DNA of 64,000 bases, taken from assembly GCA_041659045.1 (NCBI GenBank), contig JBAZZB010000001.1, forward strand, positions 70,111 to 134,110. The letters run 5' to 3'. This DNA comes from Patescibacteria group bacterium (lineage in GTDB: Bacteria > Patescibacteriota > Patescibacteriia > SG8-24 > DYFX01). This document shows positions 1 to 11,758 of this stretch, in pieces. How positions within the stretch are numbered: position 1 is the first letter of the stretch; every line of letters starts with the position of its first letter. The notes under the pieces are model-generated. The model worked only from the letters and a program-made list of their open reading frames with translations. It had not been told where the DNA came from and searched no databases. The position numbers and the translations under genes were made by a program.

Positions 1-68
1 TTGGGGCAGCCCGCGAGACACAGCAGGGAAAGGGCGATGACCAGACACGTGACGCGATTGCTTCGCAT
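1..68 (-). CDS. 5' end of a putative lipoprotein (runs off the window start)
   Basis: The minus strand reads MRSNRVTCLVIALSLLCLAGCP, with lipobox LAGC. GGAGG lies just upstream of the ATG at 68, and TTGACA is at 130-125. Confidence 0.6.
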   Translation of the reverse strand, partial: MRSNRVTCLVIALSLLCLAGCP

Positions 69-187
69 GATACCTCCTCCGCCGAATCTGGCGGCGCGCG
101 AAGGTTCGCATGATTTCTGGCGAATGTCAAGGTAAAAGACTGCCGAGGTGTGGCTGAGGTGTGAAGACGTTGTCACCGTACGTATTC

Positions 188-217
188 TTGACAAAACGGT
201 ACTTTTATCGCTATCTT
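188..217 (+). promoter_or_regulatory. sigma70-type promoter for the sigma factor gene
   Basis: TTGACA (188-193), 18 nt spacer, TATCTT (212-217). Confidence 0.5.
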
Positions 218-265
218 CAGCTGGTCGTTGCACCTTTCACGACCACCCCTTACGAAGGATATCCG

Positions 266-1213
266 ATGCTTCGTACGACTCCGTTATCTGACGAAGAGCG
301 GGCCGAAGCCCACAAGCTCGTGTGGCGCGACCTGAACGTCTGTCGGGAGGTGCTTCGCAAGGAGCTTGGTGGTCGATACGTGCCAGCGACGGCAATACCA
401 GTGTCGCTCCAAGCGTACGCCCACGCCTACTCATCGGCGTGGTTGAAACGGACGCCTCCGTGCGAACGCATCGAGTACTTTCTCTCGCGCCGGCCGATGC
501 ATCTTCTCCGCATGCACGTCGGCCCATGTGCCGCCGCGCGTTTCAAGGAGCTTTGGAACGATCACCTGCCGCTTTGCTACTTCTTTGCGAAGCGGTACGA
601 GAAGATCCTCGGGGTCGATTTCAACGAGCTTGTCAGTCATGCCAGCGAGGGAGTGATGCTGGCGCTCGCGCGGTTTGATCCTGACAAGGGATCCTTCAGC
701 ACGTATGCCTCGCACTGGATCAAGCACTGCATCCTTCGCGATATTCTGCGGCTGAAGCGTCCCATGCACATTCCGTATTGCGCCATCCGAAGGGCGGGAA
801 TGCCCGATGCCACGCCGGAAGAAGCGGAAGTTCTTTCCTATCGCAAGTGCGGGTTCGATACGCGGTTTGGTTTCGAGCGTGTGGCAGCCGCCTTGGGTAT
901 CACCCCGTTCCGCGCGACGCAGGGGTTGTCGCCATTCATGACACGCCAGGATTTCATCGCGGATCCGGATGCCGAAGAAGCCTATGACGCGCAGTCCAAC
1001 GTGCGTGATGGCACTTGTATGATGGATGAGTTGATCACCGTCGCTCTGACGCCGTTCGAAAAGGCGGTGCTCGATGCGCGACTGCAGGAGCCAGCGCCTT
1101 CCTACAAGAAAATCGGCGAAGCGTACAACCTGAGCCGCGAACGCATTCGGCAGGTCCACAACGTCGCCATCTGGAAGATCAAGAAGAAGCTGGTCGACTA
1201 CGCCATGCGGTAA
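266..1213 (+). CDS. sigma-70 family RNA polymerase sigma factor (divergent, alternative type)
   Basis: Region 2 ELVSHASEGVMLALARFDPDKGSFSTYASHWIK and region 4 HTH SYKKIGEAYNLSRERIRQV. The ATG at 266 lies downstream of the promoter. Confidence 0.85.
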   Translation: MLRTTPLSDEERAEAHKLVWRDLNVCREVLRKELGGRYVPATAIPVSLQAYAHAYSSAWLKRTPPCERIEYFLSRRPMHLLRMHVGPCAAARFKELWNDHLPLCYFFAKRYEKILGVDFNELVSHASEGVMLALARFDPDKGSFSTYASHWIKHCILRDILRLKRPMHIPYCAIRRAGMPDATPEEAEVLSYRKCGFDTRFGFERVAAALGITPFRATQGLSPFMTRQDFIADPDAEEAYDAQSNVRDGTCMMDELITVALTPFEKAVLDARLQEPAPSYKKIGEAYNLSRERIRQVHNVAIWKIKKKLVDYAMR

Positions 1214-1216
1214 CGC

Positions 1217-1249
1217 AAAACCGGCCCCGTGAGGCCGGCTTTTCTTTTT
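1217..1249. terminator. bidirectional intrinsic terminator
   Basis: AAAA-CCGGCC/GGCCGG-CTTTT hairpin between convergent genes. Confidence 0.7.
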
Positions 1250-1250
1250 C

Positions 1251-3458
<2,208 letters not shown>

Positions 3459-3491
3459 TCAGCGCGTGTTTGTTCGAATAATGGAGGCATC

Positions 3492-3905
3492 ATGGATACG
3501 TCGTCCTCACCAGTGACCATCATCCGTCCCCGTTCCAGCTGTCTCACCGACCTCGCGCAGCAGATGAGCTGGCTCATTGCCGGCAACCCGGACGGCACGC
3601 CCGTCATCGTCGAGCGCCTGATGCGGGAGGGTGGCATCACGTTCGGCGATCCCGACTTCCCGACGACGGAGAAGGTGTACACCGGCCTCGTCCGGAACTT
3701 CTGGTTCTCGGAAGCGTGCGACCAGTTCGAGTGGATCCAGCAGGAGGTTCGTGCGGGCGAGTACTGCGAAGCCGATCAGTCGGCGCTCGATCGTCTCGAG
3801 AAGATCCTGACCGACAACGTCATCTCGCACGCGGAGCTTCGCTCGACCCCCGAGGAGTTCTCGCGGTTGCGTGCGGCTCTGCGACCCGCGACCAACCCCA
3901 CCTGA
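3492..3905 (+). CDS. hypothetical protein
   Basis: 137 aa ORF with GGAGG before the ATG, TTGACA at 3396 and a downstream hairpin plus T-tract. Confidence 0.7.
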   Translation: MDTSSSPVTIIRPRSSCLTDLAQQMSWLIAGNPDGTPVIVERLMREGGITFGDPDFPTTEKVYTGLVRNFWFSEACDQFEWIQQEVRAGEYCEADQSALDRLEKILTDNVISHAELRSTPEEFSRLRAALRPATNPT

Positions 3906-4025
3906 TCTCCGCCCTCAACCACTCGCGCATCCGCGCGGCAAAGAGCATCGCTCGCTCAAGCCGTTCAGGTGCGCTCTTTGTTTTTATGAGGAATGTCGAT
4001 GGCGAATCTGCTATACTTATAAGGT

Positions 4026-4898
4026 ATGGCAGACTCGTCGAACGGGAGCTTCGAATCCACCGGAGCCGCGACAGAAAAAGAACTCCGCTGGAGCCAGTGG
4101 TGGATTGATCATAAGGAGCAGGTCAAAAAGGCCGGGCTCGGAGTTTTTATGGCGTTCGATGTGTGTCTCCTTGGTTTCGGTTTTTGGGGCTTCATCGATT
4201 GGTTGGCGTTCGGCGGATTGCGGGAAGAACAGATGATTCGCCAGATGACGTCTCCTGAATACGGCCGCTTCACGAGCGTGGCACTTGAGGAGGTACAGGT
4301 CGGCGCGCCGATCGTTCTCTCGGGTGGTGTCGGCAAGATCGATATTTTGACGCCGATCGAAAATCGCAACGATGCTTTTTGGGCGGAGGTTGAGTACCGC
4401 TATCTCATCGGCGGTACGGAACAAGCATTACACAAAACGTTCGTGCTTCCCGGGCAAACCAAATACCTCAGCGAACTCGGTGCTTCATCTGGTTCGGGAG
4501 CGAGTGTCGAGCTCCGGATTGAAAAAAGACTTTGGCACCGAGTTGATTTGCAAGACGCCGCGAATGCCGCGGAGTTTGCCGAGTCGCGTCTGAACATTCG
4601 CGCCGAGAATCCCGCCTACACGGCTTCCGATCCTTTGGCGACAACTCCGGTATCGAGTGCGAAGTTCACCCTGGTCAACGGATCAGCGTTCGGATATTAC
4701 GACGTGAATCTTCTCGTGCTGCTCTATCGCGGTGACACGGTTGTCGGCGCGAACCAAGCGAGGGTTGAGACGCTCGCGGCTGGCGAGAAGAAACAGATGG
4801 AACTTTTCTGGTTCCAACTCCTGCCGCAAGTCACCAAGGTGCAAGTTGTTCCCGACATCAATATCTACGACCCGTACGTCTACCGTTCGCCGCGTTAA
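4026..4898 (+). CDS. membrane-anchored hypothetical protein with beta-rich extracellular domains
   Basis: 290 aa, single N-terminal TM segment. TATACT lies 8 nt before the ATG. Confidence 0.8.
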   Translation: MADSSNGSFESTGAATEKELRWSQWWIDHKEQVKKAGLGVFMAFDVCLLGFGFWGFIDWLAFGGLREEQMIRQMTSPEYGRFTSVALEEVQVGAPIVLSGGVGKIDILTPIENRNDAFWAEVEYRYLIGGTEQALHKTFVLPGQTKYLSELGASSGSGASVELRIEKRLWHRVDLQDAANAAEFAESRLNIRAENPAYTASDPLATTPVSSAKFTLVNGSAFGYYDVNLLVLLYRGDTVVGANQARVETLAAGEKKQMELFWFQLLPQVTKVQVVPDINIYDPYVYRSPR

Positions 4899-4970
4899 AG
4901 GTTGACAACATCGACAGAAAGACCGTACGTTCCGCGTACGGTCTTTCGTATTTCCAAGGAGGGAAAGATC

Positions 4971-5963
4971 ATGGACCCAGTCTTTGATTTGTTCGTAGTT
5001 GTCATGATAGCCGCGGCGGCGCTCGTCGGTGTGCATGCAAACGCGATGCGTCCTCCTGGCACGGTGTCGAACGTTCGACGCACATCCTGGACGCTGCTTC
5101 TCGGGGAATGTCGTGGAAACGACAACCCGCCGGCATACAACTGCCCACGTGTCGCGGACTTTCGCGAGGGGCGCTTGCAGTGCTCGCACTGCCGCCACGA
5201 CTTCTCCGACATCAAGCTCCCGCGCATGTCAGAGGTGTCAGTCGATGGTCGAGCTGGATTGGTACGCGATCCGAACGGCCCACTGGTCTCTTCGCTCTGC
5301 GAACAGGAAGAGGGTGTGCTTACGGAACGTCATGCGCCGGTGTTCGACTTCGACTATCCGGTCGAGCTGCGCGAAGACAAGATCCTGCTGCTCAGGATGC
5401 GTGCAGAGGCGCCGCATGTCAGTGCCGTGCTTGAGATCATGGAGAAGCACGGGCTGGCCGCGCGAGGATCGCATGCGGCGTTTGAAGCCCGCACGCTCGA
5501 CCACACCGTGCTTGGTGATGATGAAGGAGGAATTTCTCCGCATCGCGTAAGCGCGTTCACGCCTTCTGGTCTCGAAATTCTTCTGAGTACGAGCGGTCGA
5601 TTGGTCGCCTCGAGTACGGAAGGACACTTCCATCTCTATCTCGACAAGATGTTGTCATGGGAGGCCTATCGCGAGGTGCTCTGCCGCATGGCGGATGCCG
5701 GCCTCATCGAGCGCAACTGGTTTCGTCTGTGCGATCAACGCAAGATGGGCATGCTGCGCAAGCCGGAATTCAAGAAGCCTGGCGCCTTCACGCCTCCGCA
5801 CCCGGTGCAGACCGTGGTACCTGCAGCGATGCAGTTCGCGCCGACTCCTTTGGCGGACGACCCCGACGAATACTGGAACGGCCGGACGCGCGATGCTGGG
5901 CATGCGTCGGATAGCTATCTTGCGCTCTCAGGGCGGAAGCGAACGTCTGACCCCGATTACTAA
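4971..5963 (+). CDS. hypothetical protein: TM + Cys-rich Zn-ribbon + DxD / SSTxGHxH domain
   Basis: GGAGG RBS and TTGACA at 4902. Motifs CPR...CSHC, PVFDFD, VASSTEGHFHLYLD. Confidence 0.75.
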   Translation: MDPVFDLFVVVMIAAAALVGVHANAMRPPGTVSNVRRTSWTLLLGECRGNDNPPAYNCPRVADFREGRLQCSHCRHDFSDIKLPRMSEVSVDGRAGLVRDPNGPLVSSLCEQEEGVLTERHAPVFDFDYPVELREDKILLLRMRAEAPHVSAVLEIMEKHGLAARGSHAAFEARTLDHTVLGDDEGGISPHRVSAFTPSGLEILLSTSGRLVASSTEGHFHLYLDKMLSWEAYREVLCRMADAGLIERNWFRLCDQRKMGMLRKPEFKKPGAFTPPHPVQTVVPAAMQFAPTPLADDPDEYWNGRTRDAGHASDSYLALSGRKRTSDPDY

Positions 5964-5992
5964 AACCGCCCCTCTTGAGGCGGCTTTTCTTT

Positions 5993-6598
5993 TCAGCACG
6001 TTCCCGCCGGACTTTGGATGATGCTGTCCGGATACCCGAGTGCGCCGAGGACAGCCTTGAGTTGCTTCACGGCGTTCTCTTCCGCTTCGCGTAAGATGCC
6101 AGCGGCGCAAGCGGCGTCGCGGATTGACTGCTCGGCGGCGAGGCGCGCCTCTGATTCGAGGTCCTTATCGCCGCGAGAGAGGAGTCCTTGGTCGCGATCG
6201 TACACGCGCGTCTTTTCGTTATCGAGACGTACGGAAAGGATTTGTGGTGCGGGTAGTTTGACGCGTAGCGAGCCCGAGACTTTTTCGACGTCTGCTTCGG
6301 TGAGGCCGCTCAGGTCGTAGCCCGCGACGACTTCGCCGTTGGCGATGAGGAGCAATTTGTCACCGAACAAAATGTTGCGCCAGGGACCGCCACCGTCTTT
6401 CTTGGCCTCGATGATTTTCTCGATCGTGAACGAGGACGTTTCGAGTCGGCCGAGTTGACGCATCTCTTTGATGACGGCGTCACGGCTCGTGTCGATGCGC
6501 GTACCAGTCTGACCTGGACGCAAAAAGAACCAGCTGGCCAGGCCTGCCCCGACGAGGAGAGTGAGAAGTGAGACGGTTGCGGTCGTGCGCATTGTCAT
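5993..6598 (-). CDS. DUF4230 domain protein
   Basis: N-terminal TM. LLLIANGEVVAGYDLS, LPAPQILS, GILREAEENA are typical of DUF4230. Confidence 0.85.
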   Translation of the reverse strand: MTMRTTATVSLLTLLVGAGLASWFFLRPGQTGTRIDTSRDAVIKEMRQLGRLETSSFTIEKIIEAKKDGGGPWRNILFGDKLLLIANGEVVAGYDLSGLTEADVEKVSGSLRVKLPAPQILSVRLDNEKTRVYDRDQGLLSRGDKDLESEARLAAEQSIRDAACAAGILREAEENAVKQLKAVLGALGYPDSIIQSPAGTC

Positions 6599-6638
6599 AG
6601 GGGGTGGGTTTCAGTAGTATCGTAGGGAACTTTGACGC

Positions 6639-7736
6639 ATGCTGCAACGTACCATTCAGGCGTACCGAAAATTTGATTGGCTGCTCTTCGGCTCGGCGGT
6701 CTTGTTGGCGGGCTTGGGACTCCTCGCACTCTACTCGATTGGTCTCGGCGCGGAAGGGGACTTCGGCAGCTTCAAGAAGCAGCTGCTCTTTTTTGTGATC
6801 GGACTCCTGATCGTTACGGTGGGTACGGTGGGCTTCCACTACCGCTGGCTGACGTTCATCACGGTGCCGATGTACTTCGGCATGATGCTGCTTCTTCTTA
6901 CGGTGCTCCTGACGGGTCAGGTCATTCGCGGCACGCGCGGCTGGCTGTATATCGGACCCGCCGGTTTCCAACCGGTCGAGCTTGCCAAGGTGGTGCTGAT
7001 TATCATCATGGCGAAATTTCTAGCGACGCATGGGCGCTACACCAAAGACATCCGCGTCGTGATTCAGAGCGCTGTGACGGTCGTGCTCATGTTGCTCCTC
7101 GTTGTACTGCAACCGGACTTGGGAGGCGCTATCATTCTCGCTTCGATCTGGTTCGGTATGGTGCTCGTCTCAGGACTTCGCGCGAGACACCTTCTTACGA
7201 TGGCGGGCATCGCGATCGTCTTCGGTGCCGTCGCCTGGCTCTTCCTGCTACGCCCGTACCAGAAGGAGCGCATCATGACGTTCTTGAACCCCGCCAGCGA
7301 TCCGTTCGGACAGGGTTACAACGTGACGCAGTCCGTGATCGCGATCGGTGCCGGACAGCTAACGGGCAGGGGAGTTGCCTCAGGTTCGCAAAGCCAGCTG
7401 CGCTTCCTTCCCGAAGCGAGAACGGACTTCATTTTTTCAGTGATCGCCGAGGAGATGGGATTCATTGGCGTCATGATCCTGCTCGGCTTGTTCGGCGTCC
7501 TCTTCTCGCGCCTCTATGTACTGGCCAAGTCCTCGCGCGACGACTTCACGCTCTTCCTCGTGATCGGTACTTCGGTCGTGATCGCTTCCGAGACATTCGT
7601 GAACATCGGCGTCGCCTCAGGTATTTTGCCAGTCACCGGTCTCGCGCTGCCGTTCGTGAGTTACGGCGGCACCTCGCTCGTCATGCACTTCGTTTTGATC
7701 GCGCTCATGGAGAACATCGCCGTGCGGAGGAGTTGA
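6639..7736 (+). CDS. rodA: SEDS family rod shape-determining protein RodA
   Basis: Multi-TM. FQPVELAK, LQPDLG, GYNVTQSVIAIGAG, LPEARTDFIFS, LPFVSYGG. Confidence 0.92.
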   Translation: MLQRTIQAYRKFDWLLFGSAVLLAGLGLLALYSIGLGAEGDFGSFKKQLLFFVIGLLIVTVGTVGFHYRWLTFITVPMYFGMMLLLLTVLLTGQVIRGTRGWLYIGPAGFQPVELAKVVLIIIMAKFLATHGRYTKDIRVVIQSAVTVVLMLLLVVLQPDLGGAIILASIWFGMVLVSGLRARHLLTMAGIAIVFGAVAWLFLLRPYQKERIMTFLNPASDPFGQGYNVTQSVIAIGAGQLTGRGVASGSQSQLRFLPEARTDFIFSVIAEEMGFIGVMILLGLFGVLFSRLYVLAKSSRDDFTLFLVIGTSVVIASETFVNIGVASGILPVTGLALPFVSYGGTSLVMHFVLIALMENIAVRRS

Positions 7737-7869
7737 AAAACGAGTGAACAAGATTCTTGTTCATATAAAAACTCAGCGGATACTACTGAAAACGCGTGCA
7801 TCAAAAGAATTGACGCACGCGTTTTTGATTGGTAGGTTTTGTGCAGCACCTGAACAAAGGAGAGAGACA

Positions 7870-8520
7870 ATGGGTGATATGAGCAACTGGCCATTTGGAT
7901 TTATCGATGATCCACCTCGCTCGAAACGGCCCGAAAAGCGCATCGTGGCGTTCGCTGGGCGGAACGGTTGCGGCAAGGAGACGGCGGCCAAATGGTCTGC
8001 ACGTGCCTTGGTCGCACGATCCCATACCTATTCGGATGTGCTCGTGGAGACGTTCGGTCTCTGGCACACAAGGAAGACCACGCGACCAGAGCAGCAGGCT
8101 CTCTCGACCTTCATGCGGCAGCTTCTCGGCGAAGATGCCATGGCGATCGTCATGGTGAAGAAGTGCTTGGAGGCACCTAGCAGCCACGTGGTCATCGACG
8201 GCGTTCGCCGACTCGAGGACATCGATCTTCTCTGCAAGGAGTTCGGTTCAAGAAACGTGCATCTCGGTTGGATCGAGGCGGCTGCGAACGTGCGTTACGA
8301 GCGTCTCAAGGCACGCAAGACGAAGGGCGGGGAACAGTTCATGACGTGGGACGAGTTCCTGGTACAGGAGGCTGCCGAGGCGGAGCAGCAACTCGATGTC
8401 GTGCGCGCATCCTGCGCTTTCGAGATCGACAACAACGCACCGCTCGATGCCTCGGGCGTGCCGTCGCAGATGTTCCTTCAGATCGAGCGCACGCTCAGAG
8501 ATCGGCACGTCATGTCATGA
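7870..8520 (+). CDS. P-loop nucleotide kinase (dephospho-CoA/NMP kinase-like)
   Basis: Walker A GRNGCGKET, VVIDGVR, lid RYERL, IDNN. Confidence 0.8.
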   Translation: MGDMSNWPFGFIDDPPRSKRPEKRIVAFAGRNGCGKETAAKWSARALVARSHTYSDVLVETFGLWHTRKTTRPEQQALSTFMRQLLGEDAMAIVMVKKCLEAPSSHVVIDGVRRLEDIDLLCKEFGSRNVHLGWIEAAANVRYERLKARKTKGGEQFMTWDEFLVQEAAEAEQQLDVVRASCAFEIDNNAPLDASGVPSQMFLQIERTLRDRHVMS

Positions 8521-8660
8521 TGAGTGCGACCTCGACGCCTTCTTACGGGCGTCTTTTTTATTCGAAATAAGGCGGGATCGGGAGTTATACACTCGACAAG
8601 TCTTGCAAAAAATGGTATCGTGTGAAGGTAAAACAAAGTTCGTCCACAAGACAAAAGGCT

Positions 8661-9029
8661 ATGGCTCCACTTTCACAATCTACGCCAAGCTATTATCAGG
8701 ACGGCCTCCGGATGATCTCGTTTTGCCCTCTGTGCGAAACGAATTACAATCCGATGGAGGCGCGCGTCTTGGGCGAAAAAGAGGACGGCCACCTCCTGCA
8801 CATCCGCTGTAAGAAGTGCTGGAACTCCATCTTGGCTTTGGTCCTCGTTTCAAACGCCGGCGTCTCTTCGGTCGGTCTCATCACCGACCTGACCTTTGAC
8901 GACGTGCGCAAATTCTCTGGTCGCGAAACGGAAGTCACAACGGACGACGTCATCAGCGTACATGAACTGCTTGCGCATGATGGCGACGGCTCGTTCGACT
9001 TCATCGACGCGGTGCTGGAGTACATGTAA
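8661..9029 (+). CDS. Zn-binding hypothetical protein
   Basis: CPLC...HIRCKKC and the C-terminal motif GLITDL...DDVISVH. Confidence 0.8.
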   Translation: MAPLSQSTPSYYQDGLRMISFCPLCETNYNPMEARVLGEKEDGHLLHIRCKKCWNSILALVLVSNAGVSSVGLITDLTFDDVRKFSGRETEVTTDDVISVHELLAHDGDGSFDFIDAVLEYM

Positions 9030-9036
9030 TCCGGTT

Positions 9037-9069
9037 GAAGAACAGATCCTGTGAGGGATCTGTTCTTCG
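9037..9069. terminator. strong hairpin terminator between convergent genes
   Basis: GAAGAACAGATCC / GGATCTGTTCTTC perfect 13-bp stem followed by T and A tracts. Confidence 0.7.
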
Positions 9070-9092
9070 TTTTAAAAAAAAAGCCCGGACGA

Positions 9093-9584
9093 TTACCGTC
9101 CAGGTGGCGACGAGGGGCGACGAGTCTCGAACATGTCTTTCCGGGCGAGCGCATACTTGAGCGTCCGGGTCCGGAACCGATTGAAGCGCTCGAAGATCGT
9201 GGGGTCCATCTGGAGCAGTGTCTCCCGATCGATGTCCAGATACGTCTCTGCCAGGTGCAGATTGTCGCCGCCTGGTTCGATCATGATCCCATCCGGCATC
9301 AGATCGATGACGCACCACCCCAGATTGTTCCCGAAGCGGTACTCGCCGTCGATCGCGCCGCAGCAGACCAGGCTTCCGTGGCAGGTCTCCTGGAGCAGGA
9401 GTGCCGTCACGTCGGAGTGGCCGTAGCTCGGCGGTCGGGACGGGCGGTGAGTGCGCGTCCTTGGGTGGGCGGTATCGTCGAATGTCCAGATCTCTGGCAG
9501 TACCGTGCGCAGTCCGCTAATCACGTGTTCACCGAGTTCCTTTGCGGCGGCCGGTACTTTCCATTGCGAAGGCATGTTCTTCAT
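9093..9584 (-). CDS. hypothetical protein
   Basis: 163 aa, GGAGGAG RBS, TTGACA at 9629-9624. Confidence 0.6.
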   Translation of the reverse strand: MKNMPSQWKVPAAAKELGEHVISGLRTVLPEIWTFDDTAHPRTRTHRPSRPPSYGHSDVTALLLQETCHGSLVCCGAIDGEYRFGNNLGWCVIDLMPDGIMIEPGGDNLHLAETYLDIDRETLLQMDPTIFERFNRFRTRTLKYALARKDMFETRRPSSPPGR

Positions 9585-9692
9585 GGCTCCTCCGAGGCGG
9601 AGAGTACTCGATTTGAGGCCGATTGTCAACCCTTGACGTGCGTGAATCCTTCCGGTAACCTCCTACCATAATTCTTATTGCTGAGTAGCCCT

Positions 9693-10379
9693 ATGGCAAT
9701 GGATGCAATCAAGCTGCCTCTCACCAAACGCGACGTGAAGGTGAAGGCCAAGATGCTGCGCGCGCAAGGTCTCATTCCCGCCGTCCTCTACGGACACGGA
9801 ACCGAGAACCACAACCTCGCAGTCCCGTACAACGTGTTTACGAAGGCCTTCAAGGCCGCCGGTGAATCCACCCTGATCGACCTCGAACTCGAGGGGAACG
9901 GCACGGTGAAGGCGCTGGTCAAAGACTGGCAGGTCGACCCGTTGTCGAACCGCTACATCCACGTCGACTTCTATCAGGTCAACCTGAAGGAGAAGCTCAA
10001 GGTGGAAATCGCGCTCAACTACGTCGGCGAATCGCCGGCGGTGAAGGAACAGGGCGGTTCGCTCGTGAAGAGCATGAACAGCCTGCGCGTCGAGTGTCTG
10101 CCGACCGACTTGGTCCACGCGATCGACGTCGACATCTCCAAGCTCAAAGCCTTCGAACAGATGATTCACGTGAGCGACCTCGTGTTGCCGAACGGAATCG
10201 AAGTCCTCGAAGACGCGAACGCCGTGGTTGTCCTGGTCGAAGCTCCGATGACCGAAGACCAGCTCAAGGCGCTCGAGAACGCCGCTCCGCTCGATGTCTC
10301 GGCGATCAAGACCGAGGCCGAAGAGAAGAAAGCTGCCGAGGATGCCGCCAAGGCCGCCGAGGAAGCTGCGAAGGCCTAA
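9693..10379 (+). CDS. rplY: 50S ribosomal protein L25/Ctc
   Basis: LRAQGLIPAVLYG, QVDP...IHVDFY, IHVSDL, Ala/Glu/Lys tail. Confidence 0.95.
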   Translation: MAMDAIKLPLTKRDVKVKAKMLRAQGLIPAVLYGHGTENHNLAVPYNVFTKAFKAAGESTLIDLELEGNGTVKALVKDWQVDPLSNRYIHVDFYQVNLKEKLKVEIALNYVGESPAVKEQGGSLVKSMNSLRVECLPTDLVHAIDVDISKLKAFEQMIHVSDLVLPNGIEVLEDANAVVVLVEAPMTEDQLKALENAAPLDVSAIKTEAEEKKAAEDAAKAAEEAAKA

Positions 10380-10402
10380 CGCCTCGCAATCAAAAACACC
10401 CC

Positions 10403-11260
10403 TCACGGGGTGTTTTTGTATGTAGCGATGAGGACGCGTTCGTCGCCATGGAGATCTTTCAAAACTTCGATCTTCGCGGTTGGGAGTGTCTCGCGTACGA
10501 GTCGCGTAAGTTCTTCAAACTGACCTGGCTCGGCTTCGATGGCGAGAAGCTGTGGGGCACGCTTCCAGCGAACAAGATTCTTGAACAGGGCGCGATAGTG
10601 ATCGAGTCCGTCTTTTCCGGAGACGAGCGCGAGCTTCGGTTCGTGCACGCGCACTTCCGGCTGCGCTTTTTTCCATGTCGCGAGGGGTAGGTACGGAAGG
10701 TTGGCAAGGAGGATCGTAGAGCCTTTTGGTTCCGGAAGCTTGTTCTTCAAAATGTTGAGTTTGGCGAGACGAACTCGACGTCCAAGTTTCAAGCGCTTCG
10801 TATTTGCCGCGGCGACTGTCAGGGCCTTCGTGGAAACGTCGTAGAGGACTGCTTTTGTATTTGGCCGCTCCATCATCAGAGTAAGCCCGATCGCACCAGA
10901 GCCCGTGCCGACGTCGATACATGTTTCGTAGTCGGTTGCGCGGGCAAGCACGGCTTCAACGAGCAGTTCGGTTTCCGGCCGGGGGATCAGCACGTCTTTC
11001 GTGACGGCAAAGACGCGTCCGTAGAAACCTCTCTCACCGACGATCTGGGCAAACGGCACACGGCGTGCGCGTGCACCGACAAGCTTCGCGTAGGCCTTTG
11101 CTTGGTTGGTTGTGATACCTGCGTCATCGTGAGCAAGGAGCCAGGCGCTGTCTCGTTTGAGGAGATATGCCAACAAGGACTCGGCTTCGAGACGAGGTTC
11201 CGGAATACGAGCGCGTTTCAAGCGGCTCGTGGCGACAAGGATGATCTCACGGATCGTCAT
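10403..11260 (-). CDS. prmC: release factor glutamine methyltransferase
   Basis: VLIPRPETELLVE, DVGTGSGAI, ANLPY, EPKLAL. Lies downstream of prfA. Confidence 0.93.
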   Translation of the reverse strand: MTIREIILVATSRLKRARIPEPRLEAESLLAYLLKRDSAWLLAHDDAGITTNQAKAYAKLVGARARRVPFAQIVGERGFYGRVFAVTKDVLIPRPETELLVEAVLARATDYETCIDVGTGSGAIGLTLMMERPNTKAVLYDVSTKALTVAAANTKRLKLGRRVRLAKLNILKNKLPEPKGSTILLANLPYLPLATWKKAQPEVRVHEPKLALVSGKDGLDHYRALFKNLVRWKRAPQLLAIEAEPGQFEELTRLVRETLPTAKIEVLKDLHGDERVLIATYKNTP

Positions 11261-11314
11261 GGGCGCACTGTACGACAAAAAGAAAAGCTCCGCGAGAGTG
11301 CGGAGCGAGATCGG

Positions 11315-11713
11315 TCAGTTGGGCGGCGTGGGCAGGAGCTCGGCCTCGGTCAGCTCGCCCACGGCCACCATCTGCAGGAGCCGCACGAAGCCGCGCATGT
11401 GCAGCTCCGACTCGCTCATGTTCCGGGCCATGCGGGTGAGCAGGCCGGAGAGATCGAAGTTCGCGGTCTGCAGCGCCGGCGTCGCGGCGATCACGTCGCC
11501 GAGGTCCGACCAGAGGTTGGGCGTGGCGTAGATCTTGGCCGAGATGCCGAAGCGCTCGACGGTGGCCATGACCTGCTCGCGCTCGACGTAGCCGGTGGTC
11601 GGGGCCCGCCGCTTGCCCGGGTTCGGGATCAAGTGGTGGTGAGCCCAGGCGAGCCAGGTGACGGTCGTGAGCAACCTGCTTCCGAGAATCTGAACGTTGG
11701 TCTTCAAGAACAT
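11315..11713 (-). CDS. hypothetical protein (start uncertain)
   Basis: ORF with very GC-rich third positions filling the gap between the nucleotidyltransferase gene and prmC. AGGAGG is adjacent to the ATG. Confidence 0.5.
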   Translation of the reverse strand: MFLKTNVQILGSRLLTTVTWLAWAHHHLIPNPGKRRAPTTGYVEREQVMATVERFGISAKIYATPNLWSDLGDVIAATPALQTANFDLSGLLTRMARNMSESELHMRGFVRLLQMVAVGELTEAELLPTPPN

Positions 11714-11758
11714 CCTCCTTGTAGGATGGCGGAATTTCACCCTACTTTTTGAAAGGTG

